From contig JBPCLP010000024.1 of NCBI GenBank assembly GCA_051003195.1, positions 64,001-128,000 of the forward strand: a stretch of DNA of 64,000 bases. Reading direction: 5' to 3'. Shown here piece by piece: positions 31,163 to 41,039 of the stretch (within the stretch, counting starts at the first letter, position 1; the number at the start of each line of letters is the position of its first letter). Under the pieces are notes generated by a model. The model did no database searches. It worked only from the letters and a program-made list of their open reading frames with translations, and was not told the DNA's origin. The position numbers and the translations under genes were made by a program. The DNA is from Candidatus Sumerlaeaceae bacterium (GTDB lineage: Bacteria; Sumerlaeota; Sumerlaeia; Sumerlaeales; Sumerlaeaceae).

Positions 31163-31966
31163 TCAAACTGTGATGTCGCGCAACCGGAACACGATTGCGC
31201 TGAATACCAATGCGGCCGCGGCTACAGAACCAAGAATTATCAGGTCGTGCGTCGGCGTAGCACCTCGCAACAAGATGGAGGCCGGGCTATAGTAACGAAA
31301 CAGCGAGAAGTTGGGGATGCTGCCCGAAGTAGCCCAGAGCTGTGCAAGAAAGTTCCAGACGTACATGAGTAGTGATATGGTGACCGCCCAGCCAATGGAA
31401 TCGCCACGTTCGTCGTGCATCGCGGATATCGCAAGTGTGATGCTGGTCAGCGCGGCGGCGAGCAGGTACAGATTCAGCGCGACCATCCCCAGAACTCGCA
31501 GATTCACTGGATCTGGCAATTGCGTCCAGCGCATTCCCGAAATCGTCCCGCCGACCGAACACATCACCGCGAGTGCCGGCCATGCAAGGCAGACAATAGA
31601 AGCAGCGAGCACTACCGTAAAGCGACTCACCGGCCGTGAGAGAATTAGGCCCATGGTACGCTGTTCGACGTCACCCGCCAGTAGTGCAGTTGCCGCTGCT
31701 ATTGGTACCGCAAACAGGATCGCCAGTTGGAACGGGTGTTGATACGATATGACAAGGAAGCCAGAGAACGCGTTCATGGCAGCAGGGTCCACGCTGAACA
31801 GTGACTGCACCCACTTCGGCATGAAACGAGCCATCGGTCCCGGTCCACCTGCCGCACCTATTTGTTGGAACACGCGGCATATGACAACTTGAAAGCCAAA
31901 AAGCGCTGCGCAACCGAGTAACCCCGAGCGCCACGTCCGGCGCAGATAGTTCAGAAGTAGAAACAT
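31163..31966 (-). CDS. ABC-2 type permease
   Basis: AGDVEQRTMGLILSRPVSR; six TM segments; ends FRLRDI. Confidence 0.85.
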   Translation of the reverse strand: MFLLLNYLRRTWRSGLLGCAALFGFQVVICRVFQQIGAAGGPGPMARFMPKWVQSLFSVDPAAMNAFSGFLVISYQHPFQLAILFAVPIAAATALLAGDVEQRTMGLILSRPVSRFTVVLAASIVCLAWPALAVMCSVGGTISGMRWTQLPDPVNLRVLGMVALNLYLLAAALTSITLAISAMHDERGDSIGWAVTISLLMYVWNFLAQLWATSGSIPNFSLFRYYSPASILLRGATPTHDLIILGSVAAAALVFSAIVFRLRDITV

Positions 31967-32010
31967 ATACGTGCGCTAATCAGTCGTTTTGAATTGTCCG
32001 GCGGCGAATC

Positions 32011-32035
32011 GCTGGCTCCCGATGGGAGCCCCCAC
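32011..32035 (-). repeat. REP-like palindrome (GTGG-type) between ABC ATPase and permease
   Basis: Minus strand GTGGG-GGCTCCC-atc-GGGAGCC. Confidence 0.5.
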
Positions 32036-32059
32036 AAATGTGCGCCAGTGCTGTAGAGT

Positions 32060-32983
32060 TTACGCAAGATGCACCCCATATAATTTCAGGAACGATTCTT
32101 CAAATGCCGGCTCGAATCGAAAATCCACCGGCTTGAGCTGCGCCAGTTCCTGTAATACTCGCGGCGCATCAGCAGGCGAGGCATAATACACGAGCCAACC
32201 GCCTGCTTCGGTGCGAAGAAAGCGCGCGCGGGCAATTGCCGGCACCTGTCCAGCACCGATCTCCTGTGTCTCTGAATCTGTATTTGTCGCCAGTTTTACC
32301 CACAGCAGTCGGTCCGCGCCCGCGGCCAGGTCTGGTAGTGTGGAATCGAGAACCAGCTTCCCCTCACGAACGACACCCACCCGATCGCACAGGCGTTGAA
32401 CCTCCGACAGCACGTGCGAGCAAAAAAACACAGTGCGACCCCTGTCGCGCATTTCACGCAATACTTCAAACAGTCCCGCCTGCACCAGCGGATCAAGTCC
32501 GCTGGTCGGTTCATCCAGGATCACAAGCTCAGGCTCGTGTTGCAGCGCCTGGACGATGCCTATCTTCTGTTTCATTCCCTTGGAATAGTACTTAACTCGC
32601 CGCCGCAGGTCTTCCGGGGTCAGTTGCAACTGTTTGCACAGCCACTCCCGCAGAGGTGCATTTCCCCCCGACAGGTGCTGGTAGAAGCGCAGGGTCGCCA
32701 TGCCCGTGTACGATTCGTTTAATCCGAGTTCGCCAGGCAGGTAGCCAATCCTTGCGCGTACCGATGCAGCGCCCGCACCCGAGCGTTCCCCAAACAGTCG
32801 CACGCTGCCGTGCGAAGGGCGGACTAATCCCAGCATCAGCCGGATTGTCGTTGTTTTACCCGCGCCGTTCGGACCAAGAAACCCTAATATTTCCCCCGCC
32901 TTGATCGACAAGTTGAGTCGATCGATCCCGCGTCCCGGCGCATAGAGCTTGGTCAGGTCTTTTGTTTCAATAACTGCGGACAT
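32060..32983 (-). CDS. ABC transporter ATP-binding protein
   Basis: Motifs GPNGAGKTT, YSKGMKQK, LDEPTSGLDP. Confidence 0.93.
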   Translation of the reverse strand: MSAVIETKDLTKLYAPGRGIDRLNLSIKAGEILGFLGPNGAGKTTTIRLMLGLVRPSHGSVRLFGERSGAGAASVRARIGYLPGELGLNESYTGMATLRFYQHLSGGNAPLREWLCKQLQLTPEDLRRRVKYYSKGMKQKIGIVQALQHEPELVILDEPTSGLDPLVQAGLFEVLREMRDRGRTVFFCSHVLSEVQRLCDRVGVVREGKLVLDSTLPDLAAGADRLLWVKLATNTDSETQEIGAGQVPAIARARFLRTEAGGWLVYYASPADAPRVLQELAQLKPVDFRFEPAFEESFLKLYGVHLA

Positions 32984-33032
32984 CGGATGGAAATTCGGGC
33001 GTGGTCAGCCGCGAGTCAATACACAGAATCGA

Positions 33033-33503
33033 TTAGACAAACGCTTCACGCATCAGCTCGATCTTCAATACCTTATCTTGCCCATCCAGGTAAACACAGA
33101 CAATATCATACCGGTGGGGCGAGGCGTGCCGATAGGCACCTAAAAAGTGCGCAGCACTGCTGCGTATTCGCCCCTGTTTGTCGTCGTCCACGGCATCGAC
33201 TGGGGGAAGCAGCGCCCGGGGGGAACGAGTCTTCACCTCAACAAAAGCAAGCGTACCGCGATCCTCTGCGATAATGTCGATTTCCCCGGCTGGGCACCGA
33301 TGGTTTCGCTCAAGGATTCGATACCCAGATCGCTGCAAGTGTCGCACTGCTGCGTTTTCACCAAGGTCACCAATGATGCGGTTCAGAGTTTTTCGATTAG
33401 CTTCTACTCTAGTTACGTCGGCATTCCTTTTCGCTCGACGTACCTTACCTGCCAGCGCGCCCGGTGCGACGTGCATAAGAGCGTTGAGTAAGCGCCGTGA
33501 CAT
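33033..33503 (-). CDS. yraN: YraN family nuclease-like protein
   Basis: Motifs GENAAVRHL...GYRILERN, GEIDIIA, FVEVKTR, RYDIV. Confidence 0.9.
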   Translation of the reverse strand: MSRRLLNALMHVAPGALAGKVRRAKRNADVTRVEANRKTLNRIIGDLGENAAVRHLQRSGYRILERNHRCPAGEIDIIAEDRGTLAFVEVKTRSPRALLPPVDAVDDDKQGRIRSSAAHFLGAYRHASPHRYDIVCVYLDGQDKVLKIELMREAFV

Positions 33504-33511
33504 ACCTTGGG

Positions 33512-34258
33512 CTATCGTTCCCGCAGAAAGCGTCCAATAAATACGTGCGAGTCGGCCTGTCCCTTATAGACGCCAAACCCGTCGACCAGCAGCCGCTTTC
33601 CGTCAATACGTTCGCGATAATGCTCCACTCCGTCATTAATGTCCGCGGTTAAAAACAGCTGACCGTCGTTAAAATGGCCAGTCTGTTTTGCAACGTCCCC
33701 ATTCGGCCGCTTGATTGTAACGCGTATGCTGTTACCCTCATTTACGTACGTCGCCGTCTCGGCCGTGACCCACGTCTTCGAAATTCGATCGAAGTAGAAC
33801 GACTCCATTTTCATCGTACCATCGCCGTTCAATGTGTACTCCACCGAAGCCGCCTGGCTTTGTTCCTTTTTCCCCGCAGGGGAGTAGACCCAGAAGTCGC
33901 CCTTCCATTTGCCTGCATAGCGTTGAAACAGGTCGCCAGGTATGCGTTCCGCATTAATTTCCTGGCTGAGTTTCTGCGCGCCTTTACGGATTGTTTCCTT
34001 ATCCGCCGTCGGCTTCGCGGCGCTGTTTGGGGGCGGTGTACCCTCGACGATCTTCACCCGTGGTCTTCCCTTGCCTGCCTCGGCGGGTGCGGGTGTCGCA
34101 GCCATAGCCGCAGCCTGCTGTGCCGCGGCAGCCTCCTCTTCCGCAGGATCTGAGCCGCTGACCTTGTCCTTAAGTGCGGACCATAAGCTCGCATGGCTCG
34201 CCGTCAGCCCAATAGTCATCAGCATTGCAGCAAGTGTCATTTTTACAACATTCTTCAT
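33512..34258 (-). CDS. Secreted hypothetical protein (beta-rich C-terminal domain)
   Basis: Signal peptide ending ASHA; Ala-rich linker; beta-strand-like pattern in the C-terminal half. Confidence 0.7.
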   Translation of the reverse strand: MKNVVKMTLAAMLMTIGLTASHASLWSALKDKVSGSDPAEEEAAAAQQAAAMAATPAPAEAGKGRPRVKIVEGTPPPNSAAKPTADKETIRKGAQKLSQEINAERIPGDLFQRYAGKWKGDFWVYSPAGKKEQSQAASVEYTLNGDGTMKMESFYFDRISKTWVTAETATYVNEGNSIRVTIKRPNGDVAKQTGHFNDGQLFLTADINDGVEHYRERIDGKRLLVDGFGVYKGQADSHVFIGRFLRER

Positions 34259-34363
34259 TTTTCAGTACGCCTCTTTTTTCATGGCATGTCGGCTATTCGG
34301 CACGACTGTCTCTTGCTCCTGGCGTTTAAGAACAGTTCAAAATTGGAAAGACAGTTTGCGACC

Positions 34364-35320
34364 GTGCAGTCCAAAAACCCTCCTATAAGACCGGAACTTG
34401 CCCGACTTCAAAATAATATCGAACTGGTGCTCAAGGGCAAAAGCGCTATCGTCCAGAATGCCATTATATGCATTCTTGCTCGCGGGCATCTACTTATCGA
34501 AGATGTACCGGGAGTAGGCAAGACAACGCTGGCTCAATGTATTGCGCGCTCGATCAGTCTTTCCTTCTCTCGCATCCAGTTCACCAGCGATATGCTTCCA
34601 TCGGATATTCTTGGCGTAACCATGTACAATCAGCAGTCGCGCGAGTTTGAGTTCAAGCCCGGGCCGTTGTTTGCGAATATCGTACTGGCCGATGAGCTGA
34701 ACCGTACCACGCCCAAAACACAGAGCGCCCTTCTGGAAGCGATGAACAGTTCTCAGGTTTCGACCGAGAAGCAAACCCTGGATCTACCGCAGCCGTTCAT
34801 GGTCCTCGCCACACAGAACCCCATTGAATTTCACGGCACGTTCCCTTTGCCCAAAAGCCAGATGGACCGCTTCCTCATGAGGATCCACCTTGGCTACCCG
34901 GCACTGGATGACGAGATTACCGTCCTCAAGGAGCAGAAGGTGGTCGGCAACCTGGAAGCCGTACAGTCCGTTATTTCATCCGAGGAAATGCTGCGCATGC
35001 AGCACGAGGTCGACCAGGTTAAGATCGATGACAGCCTGCTCGAGTACCTTGCGCGAATTGTTTCCGCAACCCGGGCGACCCAGGCCATCATACTGGGCGC
35101 CAGCACTCGCGGTGCGCTCGCCCTGCGTCGCGCAGCCCAGGCTAAGGCTTACTTCGAGGACCGCACCTATTGTGTCCCCGACGACATCAAAAGTATGGTC
35201 ACTCCTGTGCTGGCGCATCGAGTGCAAATTCAGGAGGGGTTTGAAAGTACCGGTTTCATTCATGAGGAGGAACATCGTATTCTTTCCCAGATGCTTGCAG
35301 AGGTCGATGTTCCGCTCTGA
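34364..35320 (+). CDS. moxR: MoxR family AAA+ ATPase
   Basis: Motifs GHLLIEDVPGVGKT, RIQFTSD, ADELNR, ATQNP, QMDRF. Start uncertain (GTG 34364 chosen). Confidence 0.92.
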   Translation: MQSKNPPIRPELARLQNNIELVLKGKSAIVQNAIICILARGHLLIEDVPGVGKTTLAQCIARSISLSFSRIQFTSDMLPSDILGVTMYNQQSREFEFKPGPLFANIVLADELNRTTPKTQSALLEAMNSSQVSTEKQTLDLPQPFMVLATQNPIEFHGTFPLPKSQMDRFLMRIHLGYPALDDEITVLKEQKVVGNLEAVQSVISSEEMLRMQHEVDQVKIDDSLLEYLARIVSATRATQAIILGASTRGALALRRAAQAKAYFEDRTYCVPDDIKSMVTPVLAHRVQIQEGFESTGFIHEEEHRILSQMLAEVDVPL

Positions 35321-35415
35321 TGCCCGTAATGCTCAGCAACCGAGAATAACGATGCCGCGCCTCCCGTATTTAGGACTACCCGCAATAACCGCCTCGGAGA
35401 AACGAGAGAGCAAAC

Positions 35416-36273
35416 ATGAGTTTTGAACAGAACCTGAATGACCGCAAGCTTGGCCATGAGTGGTATGGCTGGGATGGCAATATCGATGCGCACGAGGCGT
35501 TTATTAAAGAGCCAAAGCGCTTGTTCATGGGAATGGTTGCCTTTACATTCGGGCTTATTTTTGCTGGTGCGTGTCTTTTAGCCTGGGGATTTTACCCACG
35601 TCTGCAGAGCCTGCATCCCGCCCTCGGTACGGCTTCGCTGACACTCGTTCTGCTTCTTGCCGCCACCTTCCTTACGCTGTTTGGCACGGTTTCCTTTGCT
35701 CTTCTTTCACATAAGCCCGTAAAACTTGCCGAAAGCATCGGCATGCGTCTGTTACAGATTTTTCCGCTCATCTGCTTCGTTGCCCGCCAGTGCGGGATCT
35801 CGAAAGACCGGCTTGGCTACTCCCTCGTCGAAGTTCACAACGAACTGACCCGCATACGTCTGCGCAAAGCCTCCAACGGGCGGATTCTCGTGCTTTCCCC
35901 AAGGTGCCTTGATCGTGAAAACGTTGAGCAGATTCGCGCACTCACTTCTGAGTATGACTGCGATTTCTACATGGCGCCGACCGGCGCACAGGCCCGGCAG
36001 AAAATAGTTCAGGTAAAGCCCGCGGCAATCATCGGCATCGCCTGCGAGCGCGATTTGATTACCGGAATTCGCGACGTAGGTTACCACTACCCGGTCATCG
36101 GTGTGACCAACAAGCGCCCCGCAGGGCCATGTAAGGGCGCTTTCATCGATATGTCCGAACTGCGAAACGCGATCGAGATATTTCGCGACCGATATGAGAT
36201 CCGCAGCAATGGCTCCCAGTCGGACTTTTCCGAAGCGCCCGTCGGTCAGCCTCAAGTCGCCTCCGCCTCCTGA
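35416..36273 (+). CDS. DUF116 domain membrane protein
   Basis: Two TM helices; LSPRCL, IGIACERDL..G, NKRPAGPC. Confidence 0.8.
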   Translation: MSFEQNLNDRKLGHEWYGWDGNIDAHEAFIKEPKRLFMGMVAFTFGLIFAGACLLAWGFYPRLQSLHPALGTASLTLVLLLAATFLTLFGTVSFALLSHKPVKLAESIGMRLLQIFPLICFVARQCGISKDRLGYSLVEVHNELTRIRLRKASNGRILVLSPRCLDRENVEQIRALTSEYDCDFYMAPTGAQARQKIVQVKPAAIIGIACERDLITGIRDVGYHYPVIGVTNKRPAGPCKGAFIDMSELRNAIEIFRDRYEIRSNGSQSDFSEAPVGQPQVASAS

Positions 36274-36295
36274 TCCCGCACCGTAAGGGCCGCAC

Positions 36296-36544
36296 ATGCC
36301 AACCGTAAGCGTGAACTACTATCACCGCCTTCGTGAACTAAGTGGATTTCAGTCGGAGCGAATGCACCTCGACGCCGGTGCCACAGTGACTGATCTTAAA
36401 CATAAGGTACTCTGCACTCACCCCGCCATCCAGCCCTTTCACGATTCCTTATTGATCGCGCGGAACAATGAGTACGCCCAGGGAGGTGAAACATTATGCG
36501 ATGATGACGTACTTGATTTTATGCCTCCGGTTAGTGGTGGTTGA
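36296..36544 (+). CDS. moaD: MoaD/ThiS sulfur carrier
   Basis: C-terminal PPVSGG; adjacent to moaE. Confidence 0.88.
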   Translation: MPTVSVNYYHRLRELSGFQSERMHLDAGATVTDLKHKVLCTHPAIQPFHDSLLIARNNEYAQGGETLCDDDVLDFMPPVSGG

Positions 36545-36593
36545 TCCTCCCGTTCGGCGAAAAGTGAATCGGCGGGTATGAAATGTTCTATAA

Positions 36594-37088
36594 TTGCCTG
36601 ATATGCCTGCGATTGAAGCGCGAAATGTTAACATTGGCTCTGACGAGTTTACCCTCACTGGCGTCTATTGCCGTGTTTTGCCGGCAGGTGAGCATACCAG
36701 CGCCGCTGAACTTTCCCAGAGAATCGGGTTTGCCGAATGTGGTGCCGTTGTTTCATTCGAGGGCATCGTGCGCCACACCGAAGCTCAGAAGTCACTCGAG
36801 GCAATTGATTATCATTTCCACCCGGTTATGGCTGGCCTGGAACTTGCTCGCATTTGTCACTCAGCATTGCGGCGGTTTGATGTCGTGCAAATCGCATGCG
36901 AACATTGCACGGGACGGGTTCCGGTGCAAGTGGCATCCGTCGCGCTGGCTATCGGCAGCCGACATCGCGCCGACGCATTTGCTGCGTGTCAGTACATCCT
37001 GGATGAGCTGAAAAGAGTAGTGCCAATTTGGAAAACTCCAATTTACGCTGTCCAGGGTGATTTCAGCGATAAAGGGCTCGCCACATGA
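36594..37088 (+). CDS. moaE: Molybdopterin synthase catalytic subunit
   Basis: Motifs CGAVVSFEGIVR, HRADAF, DELKRVVPIWK. Confidence 0.88.
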   Translation: MPDMPAIEARNVNIGSDEFTLTGVYCRVLPAGEHTSAAELSQRIGFAECGAVVSFEGIVRHTEAQKSLEAIDYHFHPVMAGLELARICHSALRRFDVVQIACEHCTGRVPVQVASVALAIGSRHRADAFAACQYILDELKRVVPIWKTPIYAVQGDFSDKGLAT

Positions 37089-37801
37089 CAGACATCAAAG
37101 AAACCTACGACGTTTTTGGTAAAGCTGTAGTCGACCAGGTTCAGTTGGAGGTGAACCGAAACAGCGATTTAAAAATGCTGCTGACCCGCCTGAACGAGGA
37201 AGTGCCAGAGCAGCTTGACGAGCAGCACATGCTGCTGAAGAAGATAATCACCCGCTATGGTCCGCTTTTCTTTCTTACGGTTGCCAAATCGGATTGGACT
37301 CCCGAACAGGTAGAACGCATGAAATCCAATCTGAAGGCTGGCTTGGAAACTCCTCTGCCCGGCACCCTCCGGCGGCTTACGCCTCAATCCCGCGCGTCTG
37401 CCCGGGGTAATGCCCTGGGCTCAGGAATGGGTACGTCAAGGTCTGCCACGCCAAAACCGGAAAGCGCCCCCGAACCACGCAAAATCTACCCGTCCGATCG
37501 CAAACAGATTGTGCAGCCAAGATCTCCCTACAGCGCACCTTCCAGGCACGGAGACGTTGCGCCTCAGCGGCGAGCGCAGGATCGTGCGGCTGCGCCACCG
37601 GCCCGCGTCTTGGTAGACGTGCCAACGTACAAAGGACCCGATCGTCGAGTTCTTGCCGACAGGCGAGTCGGTCCGACCGACCGACGGGCTGATCTGGAAA
37701 TGGTTTATAAAAACCAGCGCTACGGCGGACGGGACCGGCGCAAAACGGTCCGTCGTGCTGCCGACCTCGCAAAGCAGGCCGGTGGCGGCACGGATAGTTG
37801 A
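37085..37801 (+). CDS. Hypothetical protein with C-terminal Arg-rich DRR repeats
   Basis: YKGPDRRVLADRRVGPTDRR...YGGRDRRKTVRR; ATGA overlap with moaE. Confidence 0.7.
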   Translation: MTDIKETYDVFGKAVVDQVQLEVNRNSDLKMLLTRLNEEVPEQLDEQHMLLKKIITRYGPLFFLTVAKSDWTPEQVERMKSNLKAGLETPLPGTLRRLTPQSRASARGNALGSGMGTSRSATPKPESAPEPRKIYPSDRKQIVQPRSPYSAPSRHGDVAPQRRAQDRAAAPPARVLVDVPTYKGPDRRVLADRRVGPTDRRADLEMVYKNQRYGGRDRRKTVRRAADLAKQAGGGTDS

Positions 37802-38172
37802 GTTCCGGCCAGGCTGTTGTTGTCATTAATAAAACAATTTCTGAGGGTGAAAGCGCCGCTTTTGCCTATCGGGACGAGTATGGCTTGATCGCAGAAGGCT
37901 TCGTGTTCCGTCGCAACGGAGTACTGCACGCCTACCGCAACCAGTGCCGCCACCGGCCATTGACGCTGGACTACGGCGACGGTGAATTGTTTACCGAAGA
38001 TCGGCGCTATCTGCTCTGCCGTAACCACGGTGCCTTATATGAACCTGAGACCGGCCTCTGCATCGCCGGTCCTTGCACTGGGGCATCGCTGTTCCGGCTC
38101 CACGCCATCGGTTCAGGTGCGGGAATTGAAATCTTTGCTCCGCCGGAAAATGCGGACATTGAGCTTGAATGA
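37798..38172 (+). CDS. Rieske [2Fe-2S] protein
   Basis: Motifs NQCRH and CRNHGALY, GPC. Confidence 0.88.
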   Translation: MSSGQAVVVINKTISEGESAAFAYRDEYGLIAEGFVFRRNGVLHAYRNQCRHRPLTLDYGDGELFTEDRRYLLCRNHGALYEPETGLCIAGPCTGASLFRLHAIGSGAGIEIFAPPENADIELE

Positions 38173-38271
38173 CAAATAGCCTGACTCCACCGCGACGAAG
38201 TGCTAATTGATGCTTGAGCGCGACTTCTGCGCCCCGTGTTGTGTCCGCTAAATGATAGAATCAGGGGTTGT

Positions 38272-39678
38272 ATGAGCGAAACAACTTTCGATGCGATAGT
38301 AATCGGCGCCGGACCGGGCGGCTACGTCGCGGCTATACGCGCAGCACAACTCGGCTTCAAAACTGCAATTATCGACAAACGCAAAGCCCTTGGCGGAACG
38401 TGCCTCAACGTCGGGTGCATCCCCAGCAAGGCATTGCTGGATAGCAGTGAACTGTATGCGCTTGCGACCCATTCATTTGCGGTACATGGAATTGAAGTCG
38501 CGAATGTCGGGCTGAACATTCCGGCGATGATTGCGCGAAAGAACAAGGTTGTAGACGAGCTCACGCGCGGTGTGGCGGGGCTCATGAAGAAAAATAAAAT
38601 CACCGTTTTCAACGGCGCTGGCAGTCTTGCGGGCGGGATGAAAGTGAATCTGCAGACTGACAGTGGAGCCCAGGAATTGACCGCGTCTAAAAACATCCTG
38701 ATCGCCAGCGGCTCTGTGGCAACCCAACTGCCGTTTGCAAAATGTGACGGTGACAAGATCGTCAGCTCAACCGAGGCTTTGGACTTTAAAGAAGTACCAG
38801 CGCACCTCGTGGTTGTCGGCGGCGGCTATATTGGGTTGGAGCTTGGCAGCGTGTGGAGGCGACTGGGGTCCCAGGTCACCGTAGTCGAAATGTTGCCGAA
38901 GATCGTTCCCTTCATGGATCAGGATGCAGGCGATGCGCTCTTCAAAAGTTTGCAGCGGCAGGGCCTGATCTTTCTGATGGAGACGAAGGTCAACGGCATC
39001 GATACTGCAGCCGCGCGTCCTGTCATCAGTGTAACAACCCCTGATGGCAAAGAGCAGAAGATCGAATGCGACAAGGTTCTGGTCTCCATTGGACGTAGCC
39101 CATATACCGACGGCCTGGGGCTCAATAATGCGGGTGTGCAACTGGACGATCGCAAACGAATCAAAGTAGATGAGCACTTCCAGACAAGCGCACCCGGGAT
39201 CAGTGCCATCGGCGATGTAATTCCCGGTCCCATGCTTGCGCACAAGGCTGAGGAAGAGGGCGTTGCGTGGGCCGAACTGCTCGCTGGCAAACCCGGGCAC
39301 GTAAACTACGACGCAATTCCTTCTGTGGTATACACATGGCCGGAAGCTTCCAGTGTCGGACTGACAGAAGCGCAGGCGCGCGAGCGTTACGGCGACGAGA
39401 TCCAGATTGGAAAATTCGCATTTGTTGCAAACGGCCGCGCCAAGGCCATGAACGAGCGCGAGGGATTTGTAAAGGTGATCGCCGGCCCCAAAGACCGACT
39501 TCTCGGCGTTCACATTTTCGGGCCGCGTGCCTCGGATATGATAGCGGAAGCCGTGGCCGTTATTGAGTTTGGCGGCACCGCCGAAGATATCGCCAGGACA
39601 TGCCACGCCCATCCCACATTAAGCGAGGCCCTCAAAGAAGCTGCACTTGCTGCCGATGGCCGGGTCATCCATAGCTGA
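38272..39678 (+). CDS. lpdA: Dihydrolipoyl dehydrogenase
   Basis: Motifs GAGPGGY, GGTCLNVGCIPSK, GGGYIGLE, MLAHKAEEEG, HAHPTLSE. Confidence 0.97.
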   Translation: MSETTFDAIVIGAGPGGYVAAIRAAQLGFKTAIIDKRKALGGTCLNVGCIPSKALLDSSELYALATHSFAVHGIEVANVGLNIPAMIARKNKVVDELTRGVAGLMKKNKITVFNGAGSLAGGMKVNLQTDSGAQELTASKNILIASGSVATQLPFAKCDGDKIVSSTEALDFKEVPAHLVVVGGGYIGLELGSVWRRLGSQVTVVEMLPKIVPFMDQDAGDALFKSLQRQGLIFLMETKVNGIDTAAARPVISVTTPDGKEQKIECDKVLVSIGRSPYTDGLGLNNAGVQLDDRKRIKVDEHFQTSAPGISAIGDVIPGPMLAHKAEEEGVAWAELLAGKPGHVNYDAIPSVVYTWPEASSVGLTEAQARERYGDEIQIGKFAFVANGRAKAMNEREGFVKVIAGPKDRLLGVHIFGPRASDMIAEAVAVIEFGGTAEDIARTCHAHPTLSEALKEAALAADGRVIHS

Positions 39679-39740
39679 CGATTGCCCAGGCACAGTTGAA
39701 TCCTTGCATTGCCCCGTAGCCGTCGCCACTTGATGCGCAG

Positions 39741-41036
39741 ATGATACTTACACTAATCGGCATCCTCATCCTGCTGAACGGCGTTTTCTCCATGGCCGAG
39801 ACTGCAGTAGTTTCTGCGCGCAAAACTCGCCTGCAGAAAGATGCCGAAGACGGCAATACACGCGCCAGGAGCGCCCTGCGTTTAGCCATGAAGCCGAATC
39901 GGTTTCTTGCAACCGTACAAATTGGAATCACGGCGATTGGAATACTTTCTGGTGCCCTCGGCGAAGCAACCATCGCGCAGGATCTGCAGGTGTGGCTGCA
40001 TGCCTTTCCAGTGATCGCAAACTATGCAGCCGGGCTCAGTCTCGCAATGGTCGGCATCGCCCTCACACTTGTCTCAATTCTCTTCGGAGAGTTGCTGCCC
40101 AAACGCATTGCTTTAATGTATCCGGAAGCCATTGCGAAAACCGTCGCTACTCCCATGAGGTGGCTTTCCCGTGGCGCCGCCCCAATTGTTGGCCTGCTGG
40201 ATTTCCTGACAAGCGCGATCATCCGCCTGCTTGGAATACGCGCGAACAGCGCTCCCCCTGTTACACAGGAAGAGCTGAAAGTTCTGATTAAGCAGGGCGC
40301 CGACGCAGGCGTTTTTGAGAAGACCGAAACCGATATTGTAACCAACGTCCTGCGCCTCGCGGATCGTCGTGCAAGCATGCTCATGACACCGCGCACCGAC
40401 ATCACCTGGATTGACCTTAACGAAACCGAGGACGAAGTTCGCACAAAAATGATCGGCAATCCACACGCGTTCTTTCCGGTCGCGCAAGGGAACCTCGATC
40501 ACATCGTCGGTATACTGGCGGCCAAAGACTGCCTTGCGCGTGTGCTGGCCGGCGACCCCATAGATGTGGACGACATGATGCATAAGCCGCTGATCGTTCC
40601 AGAAAGTGTATCGTCGCTACAGCTGCTTGAAAGTTTTCGTGAAAGTCCGGCGCAGATCGCCTTGATTGCAGATGAGTACGGCTCCATTCTCGGTCTTGTC
40701 ACACAGAATGACATGCTTCAGTCGATCGTGGGAGACCTTCCTTCGTCCGAAGGTGATGCAGAGCCTGAAGCGGTACGCCGCGAAGACGGATCGTGGCTCA
40801 TCAGCGGAAGCATGCCTGCCGATGAGTTTCGCGAATTGTTCCGGCTGGGCGAGTTGCCGCAGGATAGTCACTACGACACGGTCGGAGGATTTGTCCTGTT
40901 GCAACTTCAACGGATTCCATCAGTCGCGGATCACTTTATCTACAAAGGACTTCGATTTGAAATTGTCGACATGGACGGCAAAAGAATCGACAAAGTGCTT
41001 GTTTCCGAGTCCGTCGGGACAGAAGCGACGAAATGA
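39741..41036 (+). CDS. HlyC/CorC (CNNM, DUF21-CBS-CorC) family protein
   Basis: Motifs NGVFSMAETA, FLATVQIGIT, GELLPK, MTPRTDI, DEYG, DMDGKRIDKV. Confidence 0.92.
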   Translation: MILTLIGILILLNGVFSMAETAVVSARKTRLQKDAEDGNTRARSALRLAMKPNRFLATVQIGITAIGILSGALGEATIAQDLQVWLHAFPVIANYAAGLSLAMVGIALTLVSILFGELLPKRIALMYPEAIAKTVATPMRWLSRGAAPIVGLLDFLTSAIIRLLGIRANSAPPVTQEELKVLIKQGADAGVFEKTETDIVTNVLRLADRRASMLMTPRTDITWIDLNETEDEVRTKMIGNPHAFFPVAQGNLDHIVGILAAKDCLARVLAGDPIDVDDMMHKPLIVPESVSSLQLLESFRESPAQIALIADEYGSILGLVTQNDMLQSIVGDLPSSEGDAEPEAVRREDGSWLISGSMPADEFRELFRLGELPQDSHYDTVGGFVLLQLQRIPSVADHFIYKGLRFEIVDMDGKRIDKVLVSESVGTEATK

Positions 41037-41039
41037 AAT

